Assembly (NCBI RefSeq): GCF_009914755.1
Contig: NC_060932.1
Source: the human T2T-CHM13v2.0 reference genome, Homo sapiens
Direction: 5' to 3' (one strand)
Length of the DNA: 64,000 nucleotides
In this document: positions 39,913 through 54,028 of the stretch, one piece after another
Position numbering within the stretch: position 1 is the stretch's first letter
How the letters are laid out: each line of letters begins with the position of its first letter
Translations under genes and position numbers: made by a program
The notes under the pieces: model-generated
Database searches by the model: none
The model's input: only the letters and a program-made list of their open reading frames with translations
Told to the model about the DNA's origin: nothing

Positions 39913-42900
39913 TGGATATTTACATATAGCCTCCTATACATTCATGGGGAGAAATTAGGAATGAAAAACACCAAAAGTTTAAGGGCAGCGAATAGTGGGA
40001 CTGCAGGTGATTTTCACTGCCTCCCTTATATATTCCTGTATTCACATTTTTATAAAGTAAGTCTGACATTTTTAATAACCAGCAAAATAAAGAATAAGTG
40101 AATATGACTCACATGAGCATAGTTCTTTCAGATCAGTTTAGGTGGCTCATCTGGAGATGTAGAGATGTTCTCAAAGCCCCATGGAGGTCTCCGACTTTAT
40201 GAATCCCTCTTGACACATTAACCTTTGTTTGAAGCATCCCTGAGGACAGGGGCACTTCCAGATGGCCACCCTGTGCATCTGTCATCGCTGGGGTGATCTC
40301 CCAGAGCCAGTTCCATATCAGTGGGCAAAGCCCAGAGGCTCAGCTTCTTGCCAGCCTGCAAGGCAGGACAACATGCAGCAAACCAGGTCCTTGGCTTGCA
40401 GTGAAATGGTCCTAGCTTGAGAGCCTGGTGGATTATCTACCAGGGTCAGGGCCACAGAGCTCTTGTGTCTCTGGTTCTGCCCGGGGTTCGTTTTCCTTTC
40501 TGGCTTTGCTCCCACCTGCCCAGAAACATGTTCTGAGAAGCTATGAGTGGTTCCTGGCCAGGGGGTGGAGAGCTGTTGTTAAAGAATTCTCTTTTCTGAT
40601 TGGTGAAGAGTTCCTTAGGGATGGGAAATGAAGTAGTCCCTGGGGTGGGTATTATCCTTCCATAATTACACAGCCTCTCCCCGCCTGGGGCACTGACACC
40701 TGCCCCAGAGCCCTTTGGTGGCTGTGCTTTCCTTGCACATGTCTAATTTTGTCCTAATCATGTAATGTCACACAGGACTGGCCTGGGGAGGCACCTGTCC
40801 CAAGACCAGCCCTGAAGCAATGCTGAGCTTAGGGTAAATTACACTGTGGACTCCTTGTTATCCTTTAAGAATAATGTCTGCATTAACATGAATTTACTGT
40901 GATAATGAAGAAGGATTTGAGAATGCCTATAGTTGCAAAAGGGTGGTTTGAAAGGGGGAGTGGCATTTTCCTTCCATGCTGTGGGCTGATGGTGAATGAA
41001 CTGAGCCGTGAGTCTTTTTACCTCCGCTTCTTGAGAGTGGCTTGGCCTAAGACGTTCCCTGAACTCCGGACTGCAGGCTGATGGAGGGCTTCTGGGCTGT
41101 TCCATGAGCCCAGCATGATCTGAAGGTTCACTTGCCTTTCTAGGCCTGGAGCTGTTCTGGAACAGAATGGAACTGGATGGGGGGCTGCCTGTAGGAATGG
41201 AAATGTCCACTGGGGAGCTCTCTGCTTCCAGGGAAACATGCTTGACTTTCACTTCTCATCCCTAGAGAACATAATCTACCTCTTGTGAACTTTACCAGTG
41301 GAACTTATCCTATGTCACTGGATACTTAAGGGCACAGGCTGTTAATACTGGCCATCCCAAAGGCAGGCTGGCAGGCCTAGAAACATCCCTGTTTTGTATG
41401 GCCTGTCTAGTGGAAACTGTTCCAAGTAAATAATAAATATTTGATATTGAGCATTTCCAATCTCTGAAAAAGGACAACTTGAATAAAACCCTCCAATGAT
41501 TTTGCAGTGATAACAAATTCATTGTATTTCCAAAACAGTGATTTTACCCAAAATGACCATTTCTAGTCTCTGAGACATTGTCCATGCCATTACAAATATG
41601 AAGTATGAATATAATTAGAGTTGTTTAAATACCATGCCAGAATTTTAAAGGCAATATAACATATGTTTAAAAGAACAGATTTCAGAGTTTGAGTTTTAGT
41701 TCTGTTGCTTAATTACACGACACTGGGCATGTTACTTAAGCTTCCTGTCTCTCGGCTTCCTCAGCGTTACAGTGGGGATGATAATACCTTCTTCACAGCA
41801 TTGTCATGATGACGAAGTTGAAATAAGAGGTACATTCCAGGGGCTTGGTAAATGTCACCTTACAGCCTCAGAGTCATCTTGGAAAGCACACACTTATTCT
41901 GATGATGTGATCCAATAGGAACCTCTAGAGATTCTGGAGCATCTTTTAAATGATGTCAGAAGACTATCAGGTCCTAGTTAATTGTGATGGCAGGACTGAG
42001 CATCTCCCTCTAGAGGGACACGTTGAGAATGAATGGAGCTACAAATGACTTCCGTTATTTATCTAAGAGGCTTTGTGGCAACTGGAAATATAGGCAACCA
42101 AGGGAGACTGAGCCTCTTCTGGGAAACATGGTGACTACCCACAGCAGACCAGAGTGAGATAAACATCTGCTCAGTCTGACAAGTGGCTTTCACTGAACCA
42201 TGGGGTTCCTGTCAGAACAGGCCCACCTGGCCCTCAGCCCTTATAGCGTCTACTCAAGAAGATTCTAAATGATCTGGCTTAGCCCAGAAAAACCAAAATG
42301 CCAAGAACCCCAAGAGTAAGTGTTAGAAATCCCTCAAATTACCGTATAATTATCCTTCGAACATGGAGCGGCAACATGAAGTAGTAGAAAAGAGCCTGAG
42401 TTTGGAAGACCCGAGATCCACAGCCACTGAATGGAGTTGTTTGCTGAGCACTACACAAAGGGGCCAGCTGGTGGAGGGCTGAATCCCAGCCTGGGTGCCC
42501 AGAAGTTGGTGTCTCTGTAGTTTATCTGTCCCCTTTCTAGGGACACCCTAGTCTGTACTCATGGGACTTCTCCAAGTGCTTGTAACTGGAGCTTTATGAA
42601 TGAAAGGCTGGATTTGATTTTCTTGGAAGGAACTTCTTACTTTAATGTAGTTCTTTTTTCAGTATTGTTAATCTACAGGCTGCTTTTCTTTTCTTTTTTG
42701 GAGGGTTGGTGGCAGGAAATCCTGTTTGCTTATTGAAGGGAATTTTGAAGTTCCTTATTTCAAATGAAGGTATAGCTCTAACAAGTATGTCTCGATGAAT
42801 GTTGGAGGAATGTGGTGGAGATATGAATGGGCCTAATCAAGCCACAGTTGCTCAGTGACAAGTGGTGGGTCTAAGAGCTTATCTTCAGCTCTATTTTGGT

Positions 42901-45329
42901 CACAGAGCTGTGTTCCTTACATGGTAAGAGCAGTGGTCATTGTTGCTTTAGGTTTTTTTCCTATTGTGGCCATGGCACGTGTGCAAGCTAGTGCTGAGCT
43001 TTCAGGGCTAGGACATGTAATGTATATCTTAATGCTGTCGATGACACAAGACTTGCCAGGAACAGAGGGAAGCACATCATAGCCTAATGACTCTCTGAAA
43101 CTTCTTCACATTTACCTGAAATTAGAGAGTCTTGGCACTGTAGAGTCAGAAGGGACTTTAGCAATTATATAATTCAGTCTTTCACTGTACAAATACAAAC
43201 ATACTAACAACTGTCCTGAGGTTCAATGGTTTCCCAAAGGTTGCATAGCTATATTTTACTGGTTTCTTGGTTTTTGGGTTTTTTTTTTTTTAACACTGAA
43301 TGAAGCAGAAGCTTGGAATATCCACTTAAATACCTATTTCTTTGGAACAGAACAAAACTGAAGCTTTTGCATGAAGGCTGAATATTTCTAGATGCAAGTC
43401 ACATTTTATTCATTCATTCATTCATTATTTCAATCTATATTTCTCGAGGGTGCATTGTGTGCCATGTTCTGTACACATAATGCTGGGAACTAGTGATGAG
43501 CTAAACATAAAAGGTTCTGTTCACAGGCATTTTTTATTCTAATAGAGGAGTTAGGCAGTAATCAAATGAACAACAAGATCATTTTAGAGAGTGATAATTA
43601 CCTGAGAGAAAAGTGAACCAATAAAAATCTAGCCATTTAAAACAGTGGTATGATGGTGCTTTGCTTGGAAGGCTGTCTTCTCTTTTAATGTAAGGTCATC
43701 TATTGTTGATTTTTCTTTCCATGAAATGTTCTCTTTACAGTTGCATATTTTGTTTTTCTTATTACTACTAAAATATAAAGGTGGCTAGAAATTGGAGTCT
43801 GCCAATTTTAACATTTCCATGATGGCAACAGTTCAACAATGGCTTTAGGTCAATGTTAAATGTTACCTACTCACTTCTAAGGAAACAACCAAATGACCAT
43901 TTGATTTTTTTTCTTTACATCCAGAAATGTTGGCATTGGTTAGAAACAAATATCCCACCCATCATCATCTTACCATTTCAATATGGGAGGGATGATCTTC
44001 ACTTTATAAAATCATCCCTTTTTGGTATATTGCATCCACACTGCATTCTCCCTAGAAATGGGATGAATTTTATTTTCATTAAAATATTATAGACAACTTT
44101 AATTTGGTTCTCCCAAGAAGCCAAGAAATATAACTGTCCTAGCAGACCCAGGAGGAAGGCTGTGCAGCAGCCAGAGGCTTTGCATCAGAGTATACCCGGA
44201 GACCAATACCTACTTCATTTATGGTGGAGGTATACTTCACTTGCTAAGCACACTCACACAGGTGCACACACAGAGGATGTAGGAAGCACAGACATCAAAA
44301 GGAAGAAAATGGAGACTATTTGAAAAGATAAACTCGAAAGCTCAAAAAGTGTATATCTTGATTGAATTACTGTCCAGAGAAGAGGGGAGGTGTATGGCTC
44401 CGAATTGGTCTTAAAGATACATACCTTTTTACTCAAGTAAATGAAAAAGTATGCTAAAAGCAAGGAGCAGTCTTTGAGATGAGGAAGTTTTTGTGGAGAA
44501 GAGACAAATATGGTTGCTATCATGCTTTTGTAGGTAACAACAGTCCTTTAAAGTGTTCTGTCTGCAGACGTTTTCACAATGCAAAAGTCCACATTTTTTC
44601 CTATTCCATTTTTCAGGCTGCTAGAAAGTCACTGCTGAAAGTGTTGCAGATTCACATTAACAAAGGCACAGTAGGTACTGAAATTCAGAGTCATCACTGT
44701 CAGTAGCTAGGTGGCCTCTGAGAACATTTTTTTTTCATGGCACATATCTGTTCCCTCATCAGCTTAGAGGGCAAATTGATAACCTGAGGTGTTTATTGTT
44801 CCCTGACTTTCACAGCACTTTGATGGTCTTGAAGCCAAGAAAGATTAGGGGACATCTAAGTTAGTCTCTTGTGTGTGGGTTCTACCTCAAAGAGTGTGAA
44901 AAAATAGGAGACTTCATTTCATGGAGTATTTCACATTTGAATATGACATTAGGTTAACCTGAACATTTTGAGTTAATTTCTAAAAGTCTGTAAGTTCCAA
45001 TTTCGTAATTCCAAAGAAGAGGCATGTATTTTTGCCGTTTCAGAAACAGATTTATCTAACTCTTACCATTTTTTGCATAGAATTATATTAAAAGCTAATT
45101 AAACAAGAGAAAAAAGTTTTTTCCATTAGGAATTAGAAAATATAATGATTTTATATTTATCATTTATGATACTTTTTTTTGTTCATTATTCTCCAAAACA
45201 ATGGAAAATTATGGCAGGTTATTAGATCATACAATGCCAGGTACAAAGTCAGTGGTTGGTGAATTTTGTTGAAAGAACTAGGAATATAATTCTGAAACAA
45301 TTTAAGATGCCTTGCCTTTAAAAAATCTA

Positions 45330-45512
<183 letters not shown>

Positions 45513-47210
45513 TTAAAAGGCATATATTCCATTTACAAGCACTTCATATAATTTTTTAAAGTTACTTAAAATATGGGCCCAGCTGGGTGTGGTGAGAGTA
45601 GCAATGACCCAGGAGTTCAAAGACCTTGACTGTAGGCCAGGCACCAATAATAAATGGTCGGATGGCCTTGAGAAAGTGACAGCTCTGCTGGGTTTCAGTT
45701 TCCACATGAGTGACATGATTGATTTGGAGCAGGTTACTTCTAATATTCCATGCAGCTTCAAAATTCCACAACTGAATAATTCAGGTTAAGGAATTTGTAC
45801 CTAAATTTAATAGACACTGATCCAGTACCAATATATGCCAGGTAATATTATAAGCACTTTACAAAGTATTTAATGATATAATAATTTTAATAAAGCATAG
45901 ACCGCATATGGGGTAGCATTTCCTGCACTATGAAGTATAAACAAATGATAGTAGTTTTACTAACATTCAATATAAGTTATTTAAAAAAACAGAATAGAAA
46001 TAAAATAATGCTTGGAATTGCAAGTAATATAGGAATGAAATTAGTTATTCCATTTAAACTGCCAAAAAAAATTATATGGTCAAAATAAGTGATTTAATCT
46101 TTATTTGACTTGAGAGAGTACACTAGATTACACATGCTTCACATCTGTCTCATTGTAAATGACTTGGCTGCCATAAACTTGAATGTTCTCACATATTAAA
46201 TCACATAGGAGAAAATTTTTGTGAATCAAAGACTTTCTACCTGTATTACATCTTAATATAATACTCATATTATAAATGTTTCAAGTGCACAACTCATTTG
46301 GGAGAAACAAGCTGGAAACCATTATATGATCACAGTAGAGCTTCTAAATATCAGAGAGGCTTATTTCATGTGTACAGTGGGCACCTGGTTGCCTGAAGGT
46401 TGGAACAAAAGATAATACAGTGAAAGAGAGTTTGATTGGAAAGCTACTAATAGGTTTCAGTTTCTAGGCCTGGTTGAACAGTCCGACTCTCAAGCTAAAG
46501 GGCTGGAAATGAGTGGAAATTTGTCAAGCCAGGCAATTTCCACATCTTGACATGCTGCATGGGCCCTTGTTCCATTACTTTCACAACTGCTAGGACTTCA
46601 AGCATTTTCATCCCCTCCTCAACCTCCTTTACTCCTATTCCTCCTTAAGGTCAAGTTCAAGTACTAATTCCTCTGAGAAACTCTTCCTGAGTCAACATTT
46701 CTGGCTCCCCTCAAAGTTCCTCCACCTACACAAAGGGTTGGACAAAGATTCCATAAATGCTTCTAAAGCATCTGGTATAAATCTCTAAAATATTTACATT
46801 ATTCAGCCTACCATATTGAATTACATTATTGGTCTATAGTCTTTCTCAGTGAACTGTGAGCTCCTTGAGAATAGGAACTATGTTAATTCTTTTTTGGATC
46901 CCCAGAGTCTTGACACAAATGACATGCATTGTTTGTTAAATCCATGAATGAATGGGTGGATGACAGTGGTAAGGCATTTACTATTAAAATAGTTGGCACC
47001 ACTGGATCTCCATGCATTATAATTTGGTTGGGAACTGTGATGAGAATTGACTGTTCCAAGGAAGGCAATGGAGTAAGGGATGTATTTCTTGCACATTTGC
47101 AGAGTATCTTCATAATCAACAATTTGGTTTAGGTCATTCTCCCTGACTCCATACTGAGAATAGTAGAGAAATTGAGAGGAAATGAAACACATTAAAAAAA
47201 AAATCTATTC

Positions 47211-47522
<312 letters not shown>

Positions 47523-48461
47523 CTATTCAACAGATATTTAGTGAACAGCTACTATCCAAGGTGCTCTGTGTCCTAGGCAGACCCAGATTCTACCCTCAAA
47601 AAAAATATACTTTGGATATTTAAGAAATTCACATAAAGGAAGAAAGCAATACATGACATAAAAGACTTCAATGTTTACCAAAATGAAAGAATATGTAATA
47701 AAGGGTATAGAATGGTCAGAGATGTCAGAAATAAATTTGCTGGATTCCCAAGAAGCTCTCACTGTGCGGGAGAGCTAGGTTAGATCACTATGGCTCACAA
47801 CCTGCTCTCAGCTATAAAGGTCCTGGACCCAGAGATGGTCAAGTCCAAGGAGATTGGCATACATGCACACCAAGCTTACCAGGGATTGAAAAACCAAAAG
47901 GCCAATGACTAGATGAACTGGATAATTAATTATGATTTAAAGATGGGCCCAGACTAAAGGGATCTGGATGGTACTGGAGATACTTCAGCCACACAACACA
48001 AATGTGCAAGCCAGACTTCCAACACAGCCTTTCTCTCCAAGAGCATAGACCAGATACAGTATTACCCATTCTTAGGCAGTATTGGATAAATAGAGGATCT
48101 GGTAGATACAGATATATGCTATCAATGGTAACTATTATGAGATTTCAGAAAGTTAAAAGTTGCATTCAGCCATAAACATCAAGGGACACTTTATGGAAGA
48201 AGTGGTAGTCTGACAATGTCTTTGAAATTGCATAGAGTTTGCAGTGGTGACTTGGGGAAGAACACTGTAGACAGAAGGGAAAGCATGAACAAAGAAAGTG
48301 AGTGGTTTATTTTTGCTGGAATTCAGGGTATACAATGGAGGATAGTAGAATGTTATGAGAGAAATTGGAACCAGATCATGGAGGGGTCTTGAAAGCTAGT
48401 TAGGAAGTTTAAGTGTTATTCTTTGTGTAATAGGGAGTCATCATAGAAAAAAACATGATTA

Positions 48462-48779
<318 letters not shown>

Positions 48780-49340
48780 TTAGAACTGTACTCTGAGAAA
48801 ATTAACTTGGTTGCAGTGTGTAAGTTGACTGGGAGGAGGGAATCCTAGCTGCAGAGGCCTTTGGGAAGCTACAAATTCTATATAGGAGGACTGAAACTAG
48901 GACAATATTGGTATAGGTGGAGCAGAGACTTTAAGGTACAAACCAGGAAGTATCATAGTATTTTCCTTGCATGCACACACATGCACACACACTCCAAAGC
49001 AAAATATAACCTATAACCTATGTAACCCAAATATAATATAAAAGAAAATCATTCTTTATTTCTATGAAATTCTCCATTTATAAAGAACAGAAGATTGAAA
49101 AACCATTGATTCATGTAGCCAATTTAATTGAGTTTTAGATAGTCTAAATATCAAATTTGTTAAAAATGGAATTTCCAAAGCACCAACATAGTGGGTATCC
49201 ATACCTAAATAGACATCTTCAGGGAAAAGAAAAAAATATCCTACATAAGTAAATGTTCTTCTTTCCCAGGATAACTAGGTGATTTCTCCAAATCGACTTT
49301 GTTTCAAATACTTTCTAACATTAGCTAACCCAACTAATAG

Positions 49341-49574
49341 GAATGTTGCAGAAAACAGAAACAAGAGCTTTGTGAGAAGTTTGATTACCTGTATGGCATT
49401 TTGGAGGAGAGGAAGAATGAAATGACCCAAGTCATTACCCGAACCCAAGAGGAGAAACTGGAACATGTCCGTGCTCTGATCAAAAAGTATTCTGATCATT
49501 TGGAGAACGTCTCAAAGTTGGTTGAGTCAGGAATTCAGTTTATGGATGAGCCAGAAATGGCAGTGTTTCTGCAG
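49341..49574 (+). CDS. TRIM55: TRIM55 exon 5 (coiled coil)
   Basis: ECCRKQKQELCEKFDYLYGILEERKNEMTQVITRTQEEKLEHVRALIKKYSDHLENVSKLVESGIQFMDEPEMAVFLQ; 234 nt; CAG|gtaagt. Confidence 0.96.
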
Positions 49575-49912
49575 GTAAGTCTCTTTTTGGCACCAAAGTA
49601 ACAACCCAAAAGGTGGGTGTTGGAAAATTAGTTATCACATTTTTATTATTTTATGTACATTTCAGTTTTTATTTATTTTACCAACTAAAATATAAACCCC
49701 ATGTGCTTATATATTAATCTATTTAAACAACTTAAATAGCATGTCTATGATACTGCTTAAATCTAATAGGGTTCTGTTATAAGACAGCAGTTATTTATGA
49801 CATTTAGAAACTAAGCTATGAGATTCTCAGAGTCAACAAAGGAAATAATTGTCTTACCACTGTCTTTTGTGGAAATAATTTAAGTAAGACTATCTTTTGT
49901 TTGCTTTCACAG

Positions 49913-49935
49913 AATGCCAAAACCCTGCTAAAAAA
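49913..49935 (+). CDS. TRIM55: TRIM55 exon 6 (23-nt microexon)
   Basis: tttcacag|AATGCCAAAACCCTGCTAAAAAA|gtaag = NAKTLLK(K); required to keep exon 7 in frame. Confidence 0.93.
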
Positions 49936-50037
49936 GTAAGAACTTTTTATTTTATGTAAAAATGCATATTTTCACCTTTACCCAAGGCTATCCAATTTTC
50001 AACAGTGACAGAAAGTGGCAACTTGTCTTTGTTGCAG

Positions 50038-50162
50038 AATCTCGGAAGCATCAAAGGCATTTCAGATGGAGAAAATAGAACATGGCTATGAGAACATGAA
50101 CCACTTCACAGTCAACCTCAATAGAGAAGAAAAGATAATACGTGAAATTGACTTTTACAGAG
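50038..50162 (+). CDS. TRIM55: TRIM55 exon 7 (COS box region)
   Basis: ISEASKAFQMEKIEHGYENMNHFTVNLNREEKIIREIDFYR; ttgcag|A ... AG|gtttgt; 125 nt. Confidence 0.95.
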
Positions 50163-50369
50163 GTTTGTTATTCTTTTGACCATTTGGCCGAAGTTGCAGG
50201 TGTGTGAAAGCTGCCGAAGAGTTGGGTGGGAGGAAAGCGGGGATTCAGAATCACCTCCAGAATCAATGTCGACAACTTTACAAGGATCATATCCAATGTG
50301 AAGCTCTATTTCATTACAGGATCACATCGTTTGTTGACAGTGTTTATTTAGCTTTGCACATATGGTGCC

Positions 50370-50661
50370 TTTTTTTTTTTTTGATGGACTCTCACTCTGT
50401 TGCCCAGCCTAGAGTGCAATGGCACGATCTTGGCTCACTGGAACCTCCACCTCCTGGGTTCAAGCGATTCTCCCGCCTCAGCCTCCTGAGTAGCTGGGAT
50501 TACAGGCACCTGCCACCACACCCGGCTAATTTTTGAATTATTAGAGAGGTAGGGTTTCGCCATGTTGGCCAGGCTGGTCTCGAACTTCTGACCTCAGGTG
50601 ATCCACCTGCCTTGGCCTCCCAAAGTGCTGGGATTACAGAAGTGAGCCACCATGCCCGGCC
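50370..50661 (-). mobile_element. AluS in intron 7, antisense
   Basis: TSD tggtgcct. Confidence 0.95.
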
Positions 50662-51285
50662 TGGTGCCTATTTTAATGTCAGGTTGGGTATTTGACTCTT
50701 GATAAGCAAATGCTTCATAATTGATAATGATGATATCTCAACTTCAATCCTATGCACAGTGTTAGCCAAAATAATGTAAAGTGTCAGCAGGAGCAAGGTT
50801 AAAGATGAGATAAAAACAATACATAGGAGGCATGTGGGTTAGATATTGCAGCACATCAACTTAATCAAAATTTAGAGGACAAGAATAGTAACAACTCATA
50901 GAATAAGTCACAACCTGAACATAAACCTGGGTCTGTGTGACTAGTTATACTCCCTGAGCTATAACCACATTCCTACCTTTTGGCCCAGAAGTCCCATTTC
51001 TGAAATTTTATCCTGATTAAATAATTGAAAAGTGAAAAACAATCTTGGAGCTGACCAAAACTTTGATCACTTTGACTCATGCTAGCCCACCTAGATGATC
51101 ACACCCCTCAGCTAGACCACTAGACCACTAGTAATGCTATGAGGCTGCACCAACATCCACAGACAAAATTTTAAAGGCAAATCTTTAGGATGTATCTTTT
51201 TAAAAAAATCGCTTAATATTGCCTGTCCTTAATGTCGCCTGAGGGAATATTAAGATCAGTGGGTCAGGAAAAGAGTCACGGCATT

Positions 51286-51604
<319 letters not shown>

Positions 51605-52072
51605 TTAATTATGGCAAAAGTCAGTATTCACTGAACAACAGAGGTAGAAAGCTAAAATGACAAAAGGGCTTTGTATGTTTTCTGAGACAGGGAAGACAGT
51701 TGCACTTCCATTTAATCTGACAGAGATAAATAAGTGACAATCCCAGGCCTCCAGGAGCTTGCAGATGTGGCAGACTGTAATAAAAATGTGGACGGGCTCT
51801 GGAAGGTGAAGGGCATTATGCACAGCAGAGGTGAAGACTTTGTACTGGGGAGGAGAACAAGGAGGATAGGGATGGTTCCTTCACATTTGTCCAGTCCACA
51901 TTCCACTAGAAGCACAAAGCCCTGGCACGGCACACTTGGACCATTGTCAAGTGTCTGTCAGAGAAAAACTCCCCAGCCTTGACCTTAACTAGGGCTATAA
52001 GCACTGGCCATTAACTGTGTCCATGGCTGCAGAGATAGTTATAACAATTTACAAGATACCTTACCTTACCAG

Positions 52073-52323
52073 AAGATGAAGATGAAGAAGAAGAAGAAGG
52101 CGGAGAAGGAGAAAAAGAAGGAGAAGGAGAAGTGGGAGGAGAAGCAGTAGAAGTGGAAGAGGTAGAAAATGTTCAAACAGAGTTTCCAGGAGAAGATGAA
52201 AACCCAGAAAAAGCTTCAGAGCTCTCTCAGGTGGAGCTGCAGGCTGCCCCTGGGGCACTTCCAGTTTCCTCTCCAGAGCCACCTCCAGCCCTGCCACCTG
52301 CTGCGGATGCCCCTGTGACACAG
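52073..52323 (+). CDS. TRIM55: TRIM55 exon 8 (acidic region)
   Basis: EDEDEEEEEGGEGEKEGEGEVGGEAVEVEE...PAADAPVTQ; 251 nt; CAG|gtaac. Confidence 0.95.
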
Positions 52324-52597
52324 GTAACCCCTCCTGAGTCTCTTTCTACAGGGCACATGGGCGTGTCTCCTTATGGAATAGCCTAAACAATTTACCCTAT
52401 TCTGCCTTAAGAAAAAGATAACTATATGCCAGACATTCGTATATGGTAGACGAAAGATTTCAGGACAGTCCTCATGTCGGGGAGAAAAGTCCTCTAGGTG
52501 ATTCAACAGGTTCTTTGTTGTTATTGTTAGTTAACAAAATTTAATACAACTTTCCCACCAGTAATGCCCTCAAATCAAAGGCAATCTTTGTCTGGAA

Positions 52598-52599
<2 letters not shown>

Positions 52600-52640
<41 letters not shown>
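52600..52640 (+). repeat. (TG)n microsatellite
   Basis: Read directly. Confidence 0.95.
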
Positions 52641-52642
<2 letters not shown>

Positions 52643-53740
52643 ATGTCTGTGTGTCATGTTAATTCATAGAGAGCTGATATCATGGGGACTGGGTCTGCTC
52701 TTTGTTACTTAGTGAATGTATATGTAGGGTATAGGATGAGAAATAAATAGCATACAGAGTAAGAAATAAAAGTGATTATACTTTCAGAACTTTGAATTTT
52801 CTGTAGATAATTGAGGGGGTAAATAGAGAAACTACACTAGTTTATGTTCCTGTTGCTTACCCTGAAATACAACTTATGTATTTTTCCTTCAGTGAGCAAA
52901 CAATGAAGCCTGGTTTTCTATGGATTTGTCATTTGATGAGATTGTGTGTTGACAGAATTGTTTAAAACATATCTTAAGAAATAAGCTCACCCCAGATGCT
53001 GCACCTAATTGGTTGACCTCATGTTTCTAATACGTCACCGTCCAGTTTTCAAGCCTTTGTGCAGACTCCATGATACTTCAGCAGACAGGATCCCAACCTT
53101 TTGAGTTTGCAGGCAGTGCAGACTCATCAGAGAGGAGTCCTGCTTCTGCAACTGCTTTTGAAGTGGATTGAAACAAAACTCCAGAGGGGGATCTCAGAGA
53201 TGGAACTGTATTTCTATGCTCTGTCTCCACAGGAAACCAGGCTAAAATGCCATTTATAGTCTAGAATTTTTAAATTCTGAGCATTTCAGTTGTATTAAAA
53301 TTGAAAGAGGTATAGTAACTAAGTGAGGGTTGGATTTGATCAATAAGATTAATTTTTGTTTTTTATAATGAGGTTTTTGGGACTCACGTATAAAGCCAAC
53401 AAATTATTCTAGTCAATAGTTTGACCCTTTTCCCATATCTGATATTTTATAACCAACATTCACTGAGGTTTCTGCTCTCTGCCTGCCTGGGCTCCCAGTG
53501 AGTGAAAGACAAGCTCAGAAAAGAAGAGGGCACCCATCCAGATGCTGGACAGAGGGGCACTGTAGTCACCATTCTGCCCTTAGCGCTTCTGGAGGGTGGG
53601 ATGAACTAAAACGGCCACCAAGGCACTGCATGCAGGGAGCGCACAGTGTTCAAACCCAAAGGGAACTAAAATCAACTGCTTTTTCTTCTTCTTCTTCTTT
53701 TTTTTTTTCTTTACTTTTGAATTTATCTGTCCTGATTAAG

Positions 53741-54028
53741 GGGGAGGTTGTACCCACTGGCTCTGAGCAGACCACAGAGTCTGAAACTCCAGTCCCTGCA
53801 GCAGCAGAAACTGCGGATCCCTTGTTTTACCCTAGTTGGTATAAAGGCCAAACCCGGAAAGCCACCACCAACCCACCTTGCACCCCAGGGAGCGAAGGTC
53901 TGGGGCAAATAGGGCCTCCAGGTTCTGAGGATTCGAATGTACGGAAGGCAGAAGTGGCAGCAGCCGCAGCGAGTGAGAGGGCAGCTGTGAGTGGTAAGGA
54001 AACTAGTGCACCTGCAGCTACTTCTCAG
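53741..54028 (+). CDS. TRIM55: TRIM55 exon 9 (symmetric 288-nt cassette-type exon)
   Basis: GEVVPTGSEQTTES...APAATSQ; taag|G ... CAG|gttagt; phase 0-0. Confidence 0.93.

Noticed and set aside
52061-52321. Antisense Leu-rich ORF resembling a TM segment
   Set aside because: It is the reverse complement of the GAA-rich acidic exon 8.
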